DNA of 59,167 bases, filler included, from 8 parts of 8 records of this genome joined end to end with filler, not necessarily neighbours in it; one strand, 5' to 3'. Counted from the whole stretch's first letter, positions 29,866-39,843 are shown. The notes: a model not told the origin generated them from the letters alone. Program-made: numbers and translations.

Positions 29866-30280
29866 TTAATCTAAATAGTCAAAAGCATCTCCAATATTCT
29901 TTAATCGTCTACCTACAAATTGAGATATTGGATTATCCCTATTTTCATTTTTATATTCTGTTCCTTCTGCTGTATCATAAAAAATCTCTTGTTGCTCTTG
30001 CCATATCATGAGCATTTTCTTGTCGTTCATTCCAAGTTGTTTCACCATATAACATCTCTTTTAAAACATACTCCTTATTAGTACTACAATACAGTCCCAA
30101 TGGATCCACAAAATTAACAGGATCACCTAAAACATACCCATAAAGATTATTATCCCCACCTGCAAAGTCTATAGGATCTTTTGCAGTCCACTTTCCTGCA
30201 TAAGAGTCATAATCTCGGTAACCAAATCTAGTAAGACCCGTATCCTGATCATACAATCCACAGGCAAATGTAAACAGCAC
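29866..30280 (-). pseudogene. Orphan Rhs core end plus C-terminal tip, frameshifted at a T6 tract
   Basis: [16 protein letters not shown]...KDPI...[19 protein letters not shown]. The frame stops at 29975; removing one base of the A6 run (29979-29984) continues it to 29866. Confidence 0.65.
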
Positions 30281-30326
30281 GCTCGTACTTTGATCTATAG
30301 CTACAAATCAATAAATATTAAAATTA

Positions 30327-30485
30327 TTATTTCTTAAAATATTTTTTAATGACACTTAATATTGTATCATCAAAAGCTAATAATAATAACAATATAACAC
30401 CAATATAACTATTTCCAAAATCATAGATAAGTAAAAATACTATTAGTACTAACACAAAACTTTTATAAAATTTGTTATTTATCAA
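30327..30485 (-). CDS. 52-aa two-TM protein, candidate Rhs immunity protein
   Basis: TTG start with AAGGAG RBS just after the Rhs tip stop; MINNKFYKSFVLVLIVFLLIYDFGNSYIGVILLLLLAFDDTILSVIKKYFKK. Below the ORF-track cutoff. Confidence 0.6.
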   Translation of the reverse strand: MINNKFYKSFVLVLIVFLLIYDFGNSYIGVILLLLLAFDDTILSVIKKYFKK

Positions 30486-30489
30486 TAAA

Positions 30490-30882
30490 TCACTCCTTAG
30501 GAAGAGGTGTATTTTTATTTATAACTTTAAATACTCCAGCAATAGAGGCTGAAGCTTTACTTAATACTTTAGCCACTACTGCAACTGGAGGATAAGGTGT
30601 TGTATTTGAAATTGCATTTAGTCCTAAACTAGTATTTTTGAAAAATTCATATGATGATTGAGTTAAGTATAAACCACTTTCTTGTCGTTCATTCCAAGTA
30701 GTTTCACCATATAACATCTCTTCTAAAACATACTCACTATTAGTACTACAATATAATCCCAATGGATCCACAAAATTAACAGGATCTCCTAAAACATACC
30801 CATAAAGCTTCGTATCCCCACCCGCAAAATCTATAGGATCTTTTGCAGTCCATTTTCCTGTATAACTATCATAATCTCGGTA
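30490..30882 (-). CDS. 3' end of an Rhs protein (core end plus tip); 5' truncated by contig end
   Basis: [22 protein letters not shown]...[18 protein letters not shown] followed by a tip of about 88 aa. Confidence 0.8.
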   Translation of the reverse strand, partial: YRDYDSYTGKWTAKDPIDFAGGDTKLYGYVLGDPVNFVDPLGLYCSTNSEYVLEEMLYGETTWNERQESGLYLTQSSYEFFKNTSLGLNAISNTTPYPPVAVVAKVLSKASASIAGVFKVINKNTPLPKE

Positions 30883-30883
30883 A

Positions 30884-30983
30884 NNNNNNNNNNNNNNNNN
30901 NNNNNNNNNNNNNNNNNNNNNNNNNNNTTAATTAATTAANNNNNNNNNNNNNNNNNNNNNNNNNNNNNNNNNNNNNNNNNNNN
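30884..30983. other. Artificial contig spacer
   Basis: N44-TTAATTAATTAA-N44. Confidence 0.98.
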
Positions 30984-32460
30984 TTCTCCGGTAAAACCAA
31001 TTGTAAAATCGGTAACTACTACGGTTGGATTAGGAAAAGGAGGAATGTTCGAAAACGATGCAAGCCCTAATAAGTCGCTAACTACCATATCTTTTGTTGA
31101 ATATAAATTCAGAGAAGGAGTTAGTACCAGTTTGGTAATGAAAGAAATTACCGATAATCTGGATGGTTATATTGGAGCTAAAATTTATGTTGAACAAGAC
31201 GATCAGGGGCCACCAACAGGAAGTCCTGTAAATATTGATATTTCAGGAGATGAATTTGATGAACTGATAGCAATTACCGATGATTTTCTTCAATTGATTG
31301 AAGAAGATGGTATTCAGGGAATCGATGAATTAAAACTGAATATTAATGTCAATCAGCCTGAAATGTTAATTAATATTGATCGCGAACAAGCCCGGTTATA
31401 CGAACTTTCAACGCAGCAAATTGCGATGGCTTTCAGAAATTCGCTTTATGGATATGAAGCCAGTAAATTTAAAGATGGTGAAGATGAATTTGATATTTTT
31501 ATTCGGTTAGAAGAAAAATACAGGAATGATGTTTCTACATTAATGAACCAGAAATTGTCGGTTAACGGAAGTAAGATTCCTATCTCGGCAGTAGCCGATT
31601 TTGAATATTCAACAACCTACGATAAAATTAGCCGGGTTGATAATAAAAGAACAATTACAATTTCGTCGAATGTGGTTGAAGGGTACAATGCAAACCAAAT
31701 AAACGAAAGAATTCGCCAGGTTTTGCTCGATTATGAAATGCCTAACGGTTACACCTACGCATTTACCGGAGAGCAACAAGAGCAGGCAGAAAGTATGGAA
31801 TTCCTCGTTTATGCACTTTTAATCGCTGTAGCATTAATTATGACTATTCTGGTGACTCAGTTTAATTCATTTATTCGTCCGGCAATTATTATTGTAACAG
31901 TACTTTTCAGTACGATCGGGGTATTTCTTGGTCTTGGAATTTTCCAAATGGAATTTGTAGTGATTATGACAGGAATCGGAATTATCTCGCTGGCCGGAAT
32001 TGTGGTAAACAATGGAATTGTTCTTATCGATTATATCGATTTGCTCAGGAAACGTAAACGCGAAGAACTGGGATATTCCGAAAAAGCTTTTCTTCCTGTT
32101 CAAACTGAAATCGATGCTTTGGTGGAAGCCGGGAAAACCCGTTTACGGCCTGTGTTACTTACAGCAATTACTACTGTACTTGGATTACTACCGTTAGCAA
32201 TTGGATTAAACTTTAATTTCTTCAGATTGTACACTCATTTCGACCCTGACTTTTCGATGGGCGGAGAAAATGTTGCTTTCTGGGGGCCAATGTCGTGGAC
32301 TGTCATTTTCGGATTAACTTTTGCAACCTTTTTAACGTTGCTGATTTCGCCGGTAATGTACATGCTTACCATTCGAATTAATTACCGAATTAAAAAATGG
32401 ACAGGTAATTTACCAGAAGATAATTTGAAACCTCAGAATGTAGATGAGGAGGATGAATAG
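30984..32460 (+). CDS. RND (AcrB/AcrD/AcrF) efflux permease, 3' part
   Basis: GPPTG, GIISLAGIVVNNGIVLID, RLRPVLLTAITTVLGLLP, VIFGLTFATFLTL. Confidence 0.92.
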
Positions 32461-32475
32461 TATAAAGTTTACATA

Positions 32476-32512
32476 AAAAAGAAGGGCATCTTTATTTAAT
32501 GCCCTTCTTTTT
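32476..32512. terminator. Bidirectional terminator between convergent genes
   Basis: AAAAAGAAGGGCAT-N9-ATGCCCTTCTTTTT. Confidence 0.88.
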
Positions 32513-32523
32513 GTCGTTTAATT

Positions 32524-33612
32524 TTATACCAGAGAGTCTCCTTTTTTTATTCTTACATCGGTTACAAATTGTTTAATTTGCTGTTCATCTTCCCTTTTAC
32601 AAATCATTAATGTATCGTTCGATTCGGCAATAATATAACCGTCCAGGCCTTGTAAAACTGCAACTTTCTCATCGGTAACATTTACAATGCAATTTTGTGT
32701 ATCGTAAGTTAAAACATTGTCTCCGTTTATAACATTATCGTCAATATCTTTCATTTTATGGTCGTACAAAGAACCCCATGTTCCCAGGTCGCTCCAACCG
32801 AAGTCGGCAGTTAAAACATAAACATTTTTTGCCTTTTCCATAATTCCGTAGTCAATCGAAATTCCCTGGCATTCTGAATATGTCTTTTTTACAAAGTGAA
32901 CTTCATCTTCGGTATTATATAATTTTATTCCTTTGGCAAAAAGAGTAGCAACATTGTTTAAATGCAATTCAAGTGCTTCAGTAAATGATGCGAGCGACCA
33001 AATAAAGATTCCCGAATTCCAGAAAAATTCGCCGCTTTCGATAAATACCCTGGCCATTTCTAAATTTGGTTTCTCGGTAAAGGTTTTTACTTTATGCAGG
33101 TTATTTATCGAGTCATGTTCAACTTTATTTTTTACCTGAATATACCCGTAACCCGTTTCAGGGCGGTTGGGTTGAATTCCCAGTGTAAGTAATGCATTAT
33201 TATTTTTTGTGAATTCAAGTCCGGTTTTTACTTGATGAATAAATTCTTCTTCCTGAAGAATGAGATGATCCGATGGTGCAATTACTAAATTAGCATTCTC
33301 GTTTTTCGATTTTAATTTATATGCAGCATAGGCAACACAAGGAGCAGTATTTCTTCGAAGCGGTTCAAGTAAAACCTGTTCCTCTTTTAATTCCGGTAAT
33401 TGTTTTAATACTAAATCTTTATAGTTTACACTGGTTACTACTAAAAAATTTTCTTGTGGAATAAATTTGGAAAATCGATCGAAAGTATGTTGGAGTAATG
33501 TTTTTCCTGTACCTAAAATATCTAAAAACTGTTTGGGCATGGCCCTGCGACTAAGAGGCCAGAAACGACTTCCGATTCCTCCCGCCATTATTACGCAATA
33601 ATTGTTATTCAT
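32524..33612 (-). CDS. manC: Mannose-1-phosphate guanylyltransferase
   Basis: IMAGGIGSRFWPLSR, EPLRRNTAP, PSDH, ETGYGYI, FTEKP, WNSG, WSDLGTW. Confidence 0.93.
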   Translation of the reverse strand: MNNNYCVIMAGGIGSRFWPLSRRAMPKQFLDILGTGKTLLQHTFDRFSKFIPQENFLVVTSVNYKDLVLKQLPELKEEQVLLEPLRRNTAPCVAYAAYKLKSKNENANLVIAPSDHLILQEEEFIHQVKTGLEFTKNNNALLTLGIQPNRPETGYGYIQVKNKVEHDSINNLHKVKTFTEKPNLEMARVFIESGEFFWNSGIFIWSLASFTEALELHLNNVATLFAKGIKLYNTEDEVHFVKKTYSECQGISIDYGIMEKAKNVYVLTADFGWSDLGTWGSLYDHKMKDIDDNVINGDNVLTYDTQNCIVNVTDEKVAVLQGLDGYIIAESNDTLMICKREDEQQIKQFVTDVRIKKGDSLV

Positions 33613-33872
33613 TTGATTTTCTGTTCTTTCGGCTTCAAAATTATTTAAATATATAAATATTCGTCCAGAAATAAGGCAAATTTCATGAGAACTTTACTGC
33701 ATTATTCGTAGTATTAAAATTTTGATTCAATGATTTATGTTGTAATTTTAACCCTTGTGTTTACCATAAAATGAACTTATATTTTAGTCATTTTGAAATC
33801 ATTAAGAGAAAAGCTTTTTTGATTTCTGTAAAGTAGAAAACAATTAGATTTGGTAACTAAAAACAATTTAAA

Positions 33873-34613
33873 GTGAAGTTTTTTTTTAATGTTGGCCGGT
33901 ATTTTGCAATGCTAAAGCGTGTGTTTGCACGCCCCGAACGGCATAAAATGTATATCAGGCAATTGTTTCACGAAATAGATAACCTTGGCGTAAACTCAGT
34001 TGGGATTGTAATAATAATCTCCATTTTTATTGGAGGAATTATGACCATTCAGTTTGCGTACAGTATGTCGAATCCAATTTATCCGAACGAACTGGTTGGT
34101 TTGGGAACACGTGATACATTGATACTGGAATTTTCTTCTACCATGCTGGCACTTATTATGGCTGGAAAAATTGGCTCTAATATTACTTCTGAAATTGGAA
34201 CAATGAGGGTAACTGAGCAAATCGATTCGTTGGAAATTATGGGTATAAATTCGGCGGGCTATCTTATTTTACCAAAAATAGCTGCAGTGGTTTTAATTTT
34301 CCCGTTTTTATATATAATGAGTGTGTTTTTTGGGTTACTTGGCGGATTGGTTACCGGCCCAATTGTTGGTGTAATTTCAATGCCCGATTATATTGATGGA
34401 ATTCAGTATCTTTTTTATCCTTATTATGTTACTTTCTCGCTAATTAAATCACTGGTATTTGGATTCTTAGTTGCATCGGTTCCGGCGTACTTTGGGTATT
34501 ATGTGCAGGGTGGTGCCCTGGAAGTTGGAAAAGCAAGTACCCGTGCAGTTGTAAACACAAATATTTTAATTCTTTTCTTCGATTTAATTTTAACCCGCTT
34601 ATTATTAACATGA
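33873..34613 (+). CDS. mlaE: MlaE-family ABC permease
   Basis: AGKIGSNITSEIGTMRVTEQIDSLEIMG; GGALEVGKAST. Confidence 0.9.
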   Translation: MKFFFNVGRYFAMLKRVFARPERHKMYIRQLFHEIDNLGVNSVGIVIIISIFIGGIMTIQFAYSMSNPIYPNELVGLGTRDTLILEFSSTMLALIMAGKIGSNITSEIGTMRVTEQIDSLEIMGINSAGYLILPKIAAVVLIFPFLYIMSVFFGLLGGLVTGPIVGVISMPDYIDGIQYLFYPYYVTFSLIKSLVFGFLVASVPAYFGYYVQGGALEVGKASTRAVVNTNILILFFDLILTRLLLT

Positions 34614-35362
34614 TTGAAGTTAAAAACATACATAAATCGTTCGATGGGAATATTGTACTAAACAATGTCTCAACCCGGTTTGAAAAAGGAAAAACTAACC
34701 TTATAATTGGCCGTAGCGGATCGGGGAAAACGGTTTTATTAAAATCTGTTCTGGGATTGTACGATGTCGACCAGGGTGAGATTTGGTACGATGACCGCAA
34801 TTTTACAAAAACCGGCGAAAAAGAACGTAAAAAAATGCGCCAGGAGATTGGAATGGTATTTCAGGGAGGAGCACTTTTCGATAGTATTAATGTAGCAGGA
34901 AATGTAAGGTTTCCGTTAGATATGTTTACAAATATGACTTCGAAAGAGAAAGAAGAGCGGGTTGAGTTTTGTCTCGATCATGTGAATATTGAAGCCCAGG
35001 CATTTAAACTTTTTCCCAGCGAAATTAGTGGCGGTATGCAAAAACGTGTTGCAATTGCCCGCGCTATTGCATTAAACCCGAAGTACCTGTTTTGCGATGA
35101 ACCAAATTCAGGGCTCGATCCTGAAACTGCAACAGTAATTGATAAACTGATTCAAAGTCTTACCAAAGAATTTCAGATGACCACCATAATTAATACCCAC
35201 GATATGAATTCGGTGATAGAAATTGGGGAATCGGTTCTTTTTATTTCTAAGGGAAATAAGGAGTGGGTTGGAACCAAACACGAAATTCTGGAATCGGGAA
35301 ATAAGAAACTCGAAGATTTTATTTTTGCCAATAAACTTTACGCTCAAATGCGAAAAGGATAA
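34610..35362 (+). CDS. mlaF: MlaF-family ABC ATPase
   Basis: GRSGSGKT, FQGGALFDS, ISGGMQKRVAIARA, DEP, THD. Confidence 0.9.
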   Translation: MIEVKNIHKSFDGNIVLNNVSTRFEKGKTNLIIGRSGSGKTVLLKSVLGLYDVDQGEIWYDDRNFTKTGEKERKKMRQEIGMVFQGGALFDSINVAGNVRFPLDMFTNMTSKEKEERVEFCLDHVNIEAQAFKLFPSEISGGMQKRVAIARAIALNPKYLFCDEPNSGLDPETATVIDKLIQSLTKEFQMTTIINTHDMNSVIEIGESVLFISKGNKEWVGTKHEILESGNKKLEDFIFANKLYAQMRKG

Positions 35363-35472
35363 GCAGCATTCCTGAACTTTGTTTGAAACTTATTTTGGTA
35401 AATTATTCTTAAATTTTCTTTTTGAACATATGGTTTATATGGCTGACAAGGTTAAATCCTTACCTTTAAAAC

Positions 35473-36321
35473 ATGAATTATGAATGTTTGATTTGCCAAA
35501 TTAAATCGCTGCCAAACCGTCTCGATAAATTTGAAATTCCAGAAAATAAAAGAAACATTGTAGTAAGTGAATTGGTAAAAAAAATAGCCAATGTTGATCT
35601 TGAAAACAGTTATTCACCTGAAATTACAAGAAATATAATTGCCCGTTTAAAAGATTTTTCTACGGTTAAAGATCCCTATAAAAAAGAAAAGGATGAAAGC
35701 AATGCTGAATTACTGGGAAGGTATGCCGAATTTAAAAGTAGGGTTAAAAATTCGGAGGACTCTTTTGAAACCGCTTTACGTTTAGCCATTGCAGGAAATA
35801 TTATTGATTTTGGTCCAACGCATGAGTTTGATATAATGGGAACCATTGAAAAAGTATTGCGGTCTGATTTTGCAATTAACCATTCTGTTCAGTTAAAAAG
35901 AGAGATTGAAAAAGCAGAGACCATTTTATACCTTGGCGACAACTCCGGCGAAATAGTTCTTGATAAACTTTTTCTGGAAACCATAAATCATAAAAATGTA
36001 TGGTTTGCGCACCGCGATGCCCCAATTTTAAACGATGCCACAAAAAAAGAAACCCTTGAAATTGGGATGGAGAAATTGGCAAAAATTATCAGTAATGGCG
36101 ACGATGCACCATCTACACTACTCAAACGTGTAAGCCCCGAATTCCTGGAAATCTATAATTCGGCCGATTTAATTATTTCCAAAGGAATGGGGAATTACGA
36201 AGGTTTAATGGACGAAACCGATTCGCGGCTGTTTTATTTGTTGATGATAAAATGCCCGGTTATCGGTGAGAAAATCGGGGCTGAAAACGGTAGTTTTGTG
36301 GTTAAACAAAACGGGCGCTAG
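35473..36321 (+). CDS. DUF89/ARMT1-like damage-control phosphatase
   Basis: ECLIC, DPYK, AIAGNIIDFG, LGDNSGEIVLD, ILNDAT, SKGMGNYEGL. Confidence 0.9.
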   Translation: MNYECLICQIKSLPNRLDKFEIPENKRNIVVSELVKKIANVDLENSYSPEITRNIIARLKDFSTVKDPYKKEKDESNAELLGRYAEFKSRVKNSEDSFETALRLAIAGNIIDFGPTHEFDIMGTIEKVLRSDFAINHSVQLKREIEKAETILYLGDNSGEIVLDKLFLETINHKNVWFAHRDAPILNDATKKETLEIGMEKLAKIISNGDDAPSTLLKRVSPEFLEIYNSADLIISKGMGNYEGLMDETDSRLFYLLMIKCPVIGEKIGAENGSFVVKQNGR

Positions 36322-36789
36322 TTTTTCGGCGACAATGTAATAAAAGGAATAATCATTTCTTCCATCGAAATTCCACCATGCTGAAAAGTATCTTTATAAT
36401 AATTTGAGTAATAATTGTAATTATTAGGGTACGCAAAAAAGTCGGTAGTATGTGCAAAAATATAACTGGTACTTACATTTCTCGAAGGTAAAAATGCTTG
36501 TTTCGGGTCGCGTACTTCAAAAATTTGTTTCGATTTATAATTCAGGTTTTTCCCCAGTTTATAACGCAGGTTGGTATTTGTTTCGCGGTCTCCAATAACT
36601 TTTACGGCATTGTCAACCCGAATGGCCCCGTGGTCGGTAGTAACCACAATTTTTATATCATTTTCTGCCAGCCCTTTTAAAAGTTCAAGTAACGACGAAT
36701 TATTAAACCAGCTTAGCGTTAACGAACGGTACGCTTTTTCGTCGCTGGCCAACTCTTTTATCATATCCATTTCGGTACGCGCATGCGAA
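36318..36789 (-). CDS. porX: PorX-type response regulator, C-terminal PglZ domain (5' truncated)
   Basis: AYRSLTLSWF, TTDHG, NLRYKLGKNL, AYPNNYNYY, FQHGGISMEEMIIP. Confidence 0.85.
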
Positions 36790-36889
36790 NNNNNNNNNNN
36801 NNNNNNNNNNNNNNNNNNNNNNNNNNNNNNNNNTTAATTAATTAANNNNNNNNNNNNNNNNNNNNNNNNNNNNNNNNNNNNNNNNNNNN
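36790..36889. other. Artificial contig spacer
   Basis: N44-TTAATTAATTAA-N44. Confidence 0.98.
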
Positions 36890-36973
36890 CGCCAAAACCG
36901 GGAAGACTGCGGTCGTGAATAGGAAGCACAGGAAGGTTATTCCTATGTAAGTCAAGGCATGTTTCCTGATCAT
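36890..36973 (-). CDS. Start of an exported protein (signal peptide only), probable redox partner of the NapC/NirT protein
   Basis: AAGGAGG RBS, then MIRKHALTYIGITFLCFLFTTAVFPVL(A); cut by contig end. Confidence 0.6.
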
Positions 36974-37036
36974 CTGAAGCCTCCTTAACCATAATAGACA
37001 TATTTTCAATTATAAAAACTGAACAATATTGGAGTT

Positions 37037-37588
37037 TTATAACCTCTCGCCCCTGAAGCTGCCTTTGTATTGCTTATAATCGTAATGAGCCCGCTGGTTG
37101 TGAACTAGGTCCTTATGACAATCAAAGCAGCTTTTTTCATACCCCGGCTTGGGATATAAGACCGTACGGTGAGCCAGCATGGCGCCTCGTTTGTCCGGTA
37201 TATACAAAAGATTCCGGTGACACTTTTGGCATTGGTCGTTTTTTATCGACGCCCAGGCTTTTTCCCGGTTCTTTTGATGGTCGTATTCGTCCTGTAAAAA
37301 ATGAATTACGATATCTTTTATACCGTGAGCCGTCTTGGCGTAGAAGAATTCAAAAGTGTCGTGTGGGGCGGGCAAGTGGCAGTCCATGCAGTCGGCCACA
37401 AATCCCTGGGCGTTGTTGACGTGAGTGGATGTTTTCCAGGAATTGTACGCGAATTCAATTTCGTGGCATGAAGCACAGAATTCCGGCGTGGAAGTGCGGA
37501 CCATGGTGTAATAACTCAGGCTGAAAACCGGAAAACCGATGAATATTCCCGCGATAACGTAGATTAGGGGTTTAATTAGTCTTTTCAT
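37037..37588 (-). CDS. NapC/NirT family membrane-anchored tetraheme cytochrome c
   Basis: N-terminal TM segment; TSTPEFCASCH, CMDCH, CQKCH, CFDCH. Confidence 0.9.
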   Translation of the reverse strand: MKRLIKPLIYVIAGIFIGFPVFSLSYYTMVRTSTPEFCASCHEIEFAYNSWKTSTHVNNAQGFVADCMDCHLPAPHDTFEFFYAKTAHGIKDIVIHFLQDEYDHQKNREKAWASIKNDQCQKCHRNLLYIPDKRGAMLAHRTVLYPKPGYEKSCFDCHKDLVHNQRAHYDYKQYKGSFRGERL

Positions 37589-37831
37589 TCAACTTCCCCC
37601 ATAACGGCCGGGCTAAACAACTTCCGACCAAGCCTAAAGCCCGGTTCCCCGGTTAGTATTGCATGTAAGTTAAAAGAAAAGGCTGAATCAGCCCTTATGC
37701 TTAAAAGATACTGGCAAACTAAGACTCAAGTTCAGTATTCAAATTTCCGATTGAGTATACCGTGTGGATGTTGACTATAAAGATACAGCCTTTGCTTTTA
37801 AAAGTCAAAAAAACTAGTTTAAAAACGGAAT

Positions 37832-39100
37832 GACACCCAATTTTTAATGATCTACATATTCATTTATGATAAGATCACCTCAATAAATCATATATGGGTA
37901 ATGCGATGCCTATTGCTCGAAAAGAGATTGTCAGCGAAGGAATTATCGGGATATACCATTGTATCTCACGGTGTGTACGGCGCGCGTTTTTATGCGGCAG
38001 CGACGCTTATACAGGCAGGTCTCATGAGCACAGAAAGGCCTTGATAAAACACCGGCTGCAATTGTTGGCGGATGGATTTGCAGTAGATGTATTTGCGTAT
38101 GCTGTAATGTCAAATCACCTGCATATAGTGATTCGCAACCGCCCGGATATTGTTGAGAATTGGACTGATGAAGAAGTTGCTTTACAGTGGTTGAAGGTTT
38201 TTCCTTCCGGCGGCAAATTCGACAATCCACTGGATATTAACAAGGAAGCGGCCGGCTTGGCGCGTAATCAAGAAAGAATAATAGAACTGCGCGGACGACT
38301 ATCCAGCGTGAGTTGGTTCATGAGATGCCTTAATGAATACATAGCCCGCCAGGCTAACAAAGAAGATGAGTGTAAAGGACGGTTTTGGGATGGGCGTTTC
38401 AAGTGCCAGGCACTGTTGGATGAATCAGCTGTCTTGACCTGCATGGCCTATGTGGACCTCAATTTAATTCGAGCCGGGGTTGCTGAAACGCCCGAGACCA
38501 GCTTTTTCACCAGCATTTACGATCGTATTGTATCTCATCAAGGCAACATCAAAAATAATTTAAACGAGAAATCGGCAAATTGGTTGACTCCATTCATGGA
38601 TGAAGCAGGTCTGGATCAAGCTTGGGCTATAGATATGCAACTTGATGAATACATGAACCTTGTCGATTGGACAGGGCGGCAAATTCGTGATGGCAAGGCT
38701 TCGATCCCGGACCATTTAACGCCCATTTTAAGCAAATTAAGCATAGATGAATGTTCCTGGGTTGGTACGGTTCAAGGGTATGGCGTTTTGTTTCACCGCG
38801 CAGTAGGTCGGTTGGATTCAATGGCTAAAGCTGCGCAGAAAGCCGGGCTTCGATGGTTGGGTGGAGTAACAAGCTGCGCAAAAGCATTTTCGCCGGCCTG
38901 ACAACAGCTATCCTGATAATCTTTCTTATGCGGCGATTTATTTAGCTGCATCTACGACAACTATCCTTTTTTTATTAAAATATCATGGTTTTTATGAAAT
39001 TAACGCAGTTCACCTTTGGTTGGAATTCTGACTGCTCGCAGATTAGATGCTTTGGGTGAAAATCCGTTCTGTTCTCACGAATCCTTTAAAATTGGGTGTC
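37832..39100 (+). mobile_element. Putative 1269-bp IS-like element: Y1 transposase bounded by 13-bp terminal inverted repeats
   Basis: GACACCCAATTTT (37832-37844) and AAAATTGGGTGTC (39088-39100) are exact reverse complements enclosing only the transposase gene. Confidence 0.65.
37906..38901 (+). CDS. Y1/HUH transposase (RAYT/IS200-like, long C-terminal extension)
   Basis: YHCISRCVRRAFLCG, YAVMSNHLH (HUH), GRFWDGRFK, CMAYVDLN (catalytic Tyr). Confidence 0.88.
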   Translation: MPIARKEIVSEGIIGIYHCISRCVRRAFLCGSDAYTGRSHEHRKALIKHRLQLLADGFAVDVFAYAVMSNHLHIVIRNRPDIVENWTDEEVALQWLKVFPSGGKFDNPLDINKEAAGLARNQERIIELRGRLSSVSWFMRCLNEYIARQANKEDECKGRFWDGRFKCQALLDESAVLTCMAYVDLNLIRAGVAETPETSFFTSIYDRIVSHQGNIKNNLNEKSANWLTPFMDEAGLDQAWAIDMQLDEYMNLVDWTGRQIRDGKASIPDHLTPILSKLSIDECSWVGTVQGYGVLFHRAVGRLDSMAKAAQKAGLRWLGGVTSCAKAFSPA

Positions 39101-39116
39101 TTTATAATTTAAAATA

Positions 39117-39143
39117 TTGACAATTATCAAGAGTTGTTATAGT
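39117..39143 (+). promoter_or_regulatory. Candidate sigma70 promoter of the TetR-GRE cluster, overlapped by an FNR-like box
   Basis: TTGACA (39117), then extended -10 TG-T-TATAGT (39135-39143) with a short 15-nt spacer. TTGAC-AATT-ATCAA spans 39117-39130. Confidence 0.5.
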
Positions 39144-39213
39144 GTCTGTCATAAATTGAACGATATTCGAAAAATGAAAAATAATCAAAAAACGAAGAGG
39201 TGCAAATTCTCCG

Positions 39214-39843
39214 ATGGGCACAAGGGAAAGAAGGCAGAGGGAAAGGCAGCTGCGGGCCGAGCAGATTGAATCCGCGGCTCAAAAAATATTTATGGAAAAA
39301 GGATACCAGGCGGCCACAATTCAAGGCATTGCCCGCGAAGCAGAGCTGTCCATCGGGACCATCTATTTTTATTTCAAAACCAAGGAAGAAATATTCGCGT
39401 CCATAAACCTTAAAATCATTGAAAAGGTTGGAGTTGGCCTGGATGAGATCAACTCCGCCGCATCCTTGTCGTCGGAAGATAAACTTCGCCGATCCTGGGA
39501 ACTGCTTTACAACGTTTTCTGCAAATCGGCCCTGAGTCGGCGCGCCCTGGCTCACGGACTCCTGCAAGGATCGCTGCAGAACATTTCCGACCCGTTGTTA
39601 CAGAAATTGAACGACACCGGCAAAAACATATTAAATAAATTGGCCGCCATTTTGCGCCAGGGAATGGACGCGGGCGAGTTCCGTGAAGAAAACGAAATTG
39701 CCCTGGCCGACCTTTTCTGGGGAACATTTACCGGAGTTGTCGCCTGGGAAGAAGCCAAACAGACAACTAATCCCAAGAAAAAGTACATGCGGTCCACATT
39801 GGACCTGGCCCTGGATACATTCATACGGGGGCGCAAACCCTGA
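39214..39843 (+). CDS. TetR/AcrR family regulator
   Basis: AAQKIFMEKGYQAATIQGIAREAELSIGTIYFYFKTKEEIF. Confidence 0.93.
   Translation: MGTRERRQRERQLRAEQIESAAQKIFMEKGYQAATIQGIAREAELSIGTIYFYFKTKEEIFASINLKIIEKVGVGLDEINSAASLSSEDKLRRSWELLYNVFCKSALSRRALAHGLLQGSLQNISDPLLQKLNDTGKNILNKLAAILRQGMDAGEFREENEIALADLFWGTFTGVVAWEEAKQTTNPKKKYMRSTLDLALDTFIRGRKP

Noticed and set aside
30016-30883. Repeat pair as a diversity-generating retroelement TR/VR
   Set aside because: Differences are not confined to adenines, many are synonymous, and no reverse transcriptase is present. Rhs core duplication explains the repeat.
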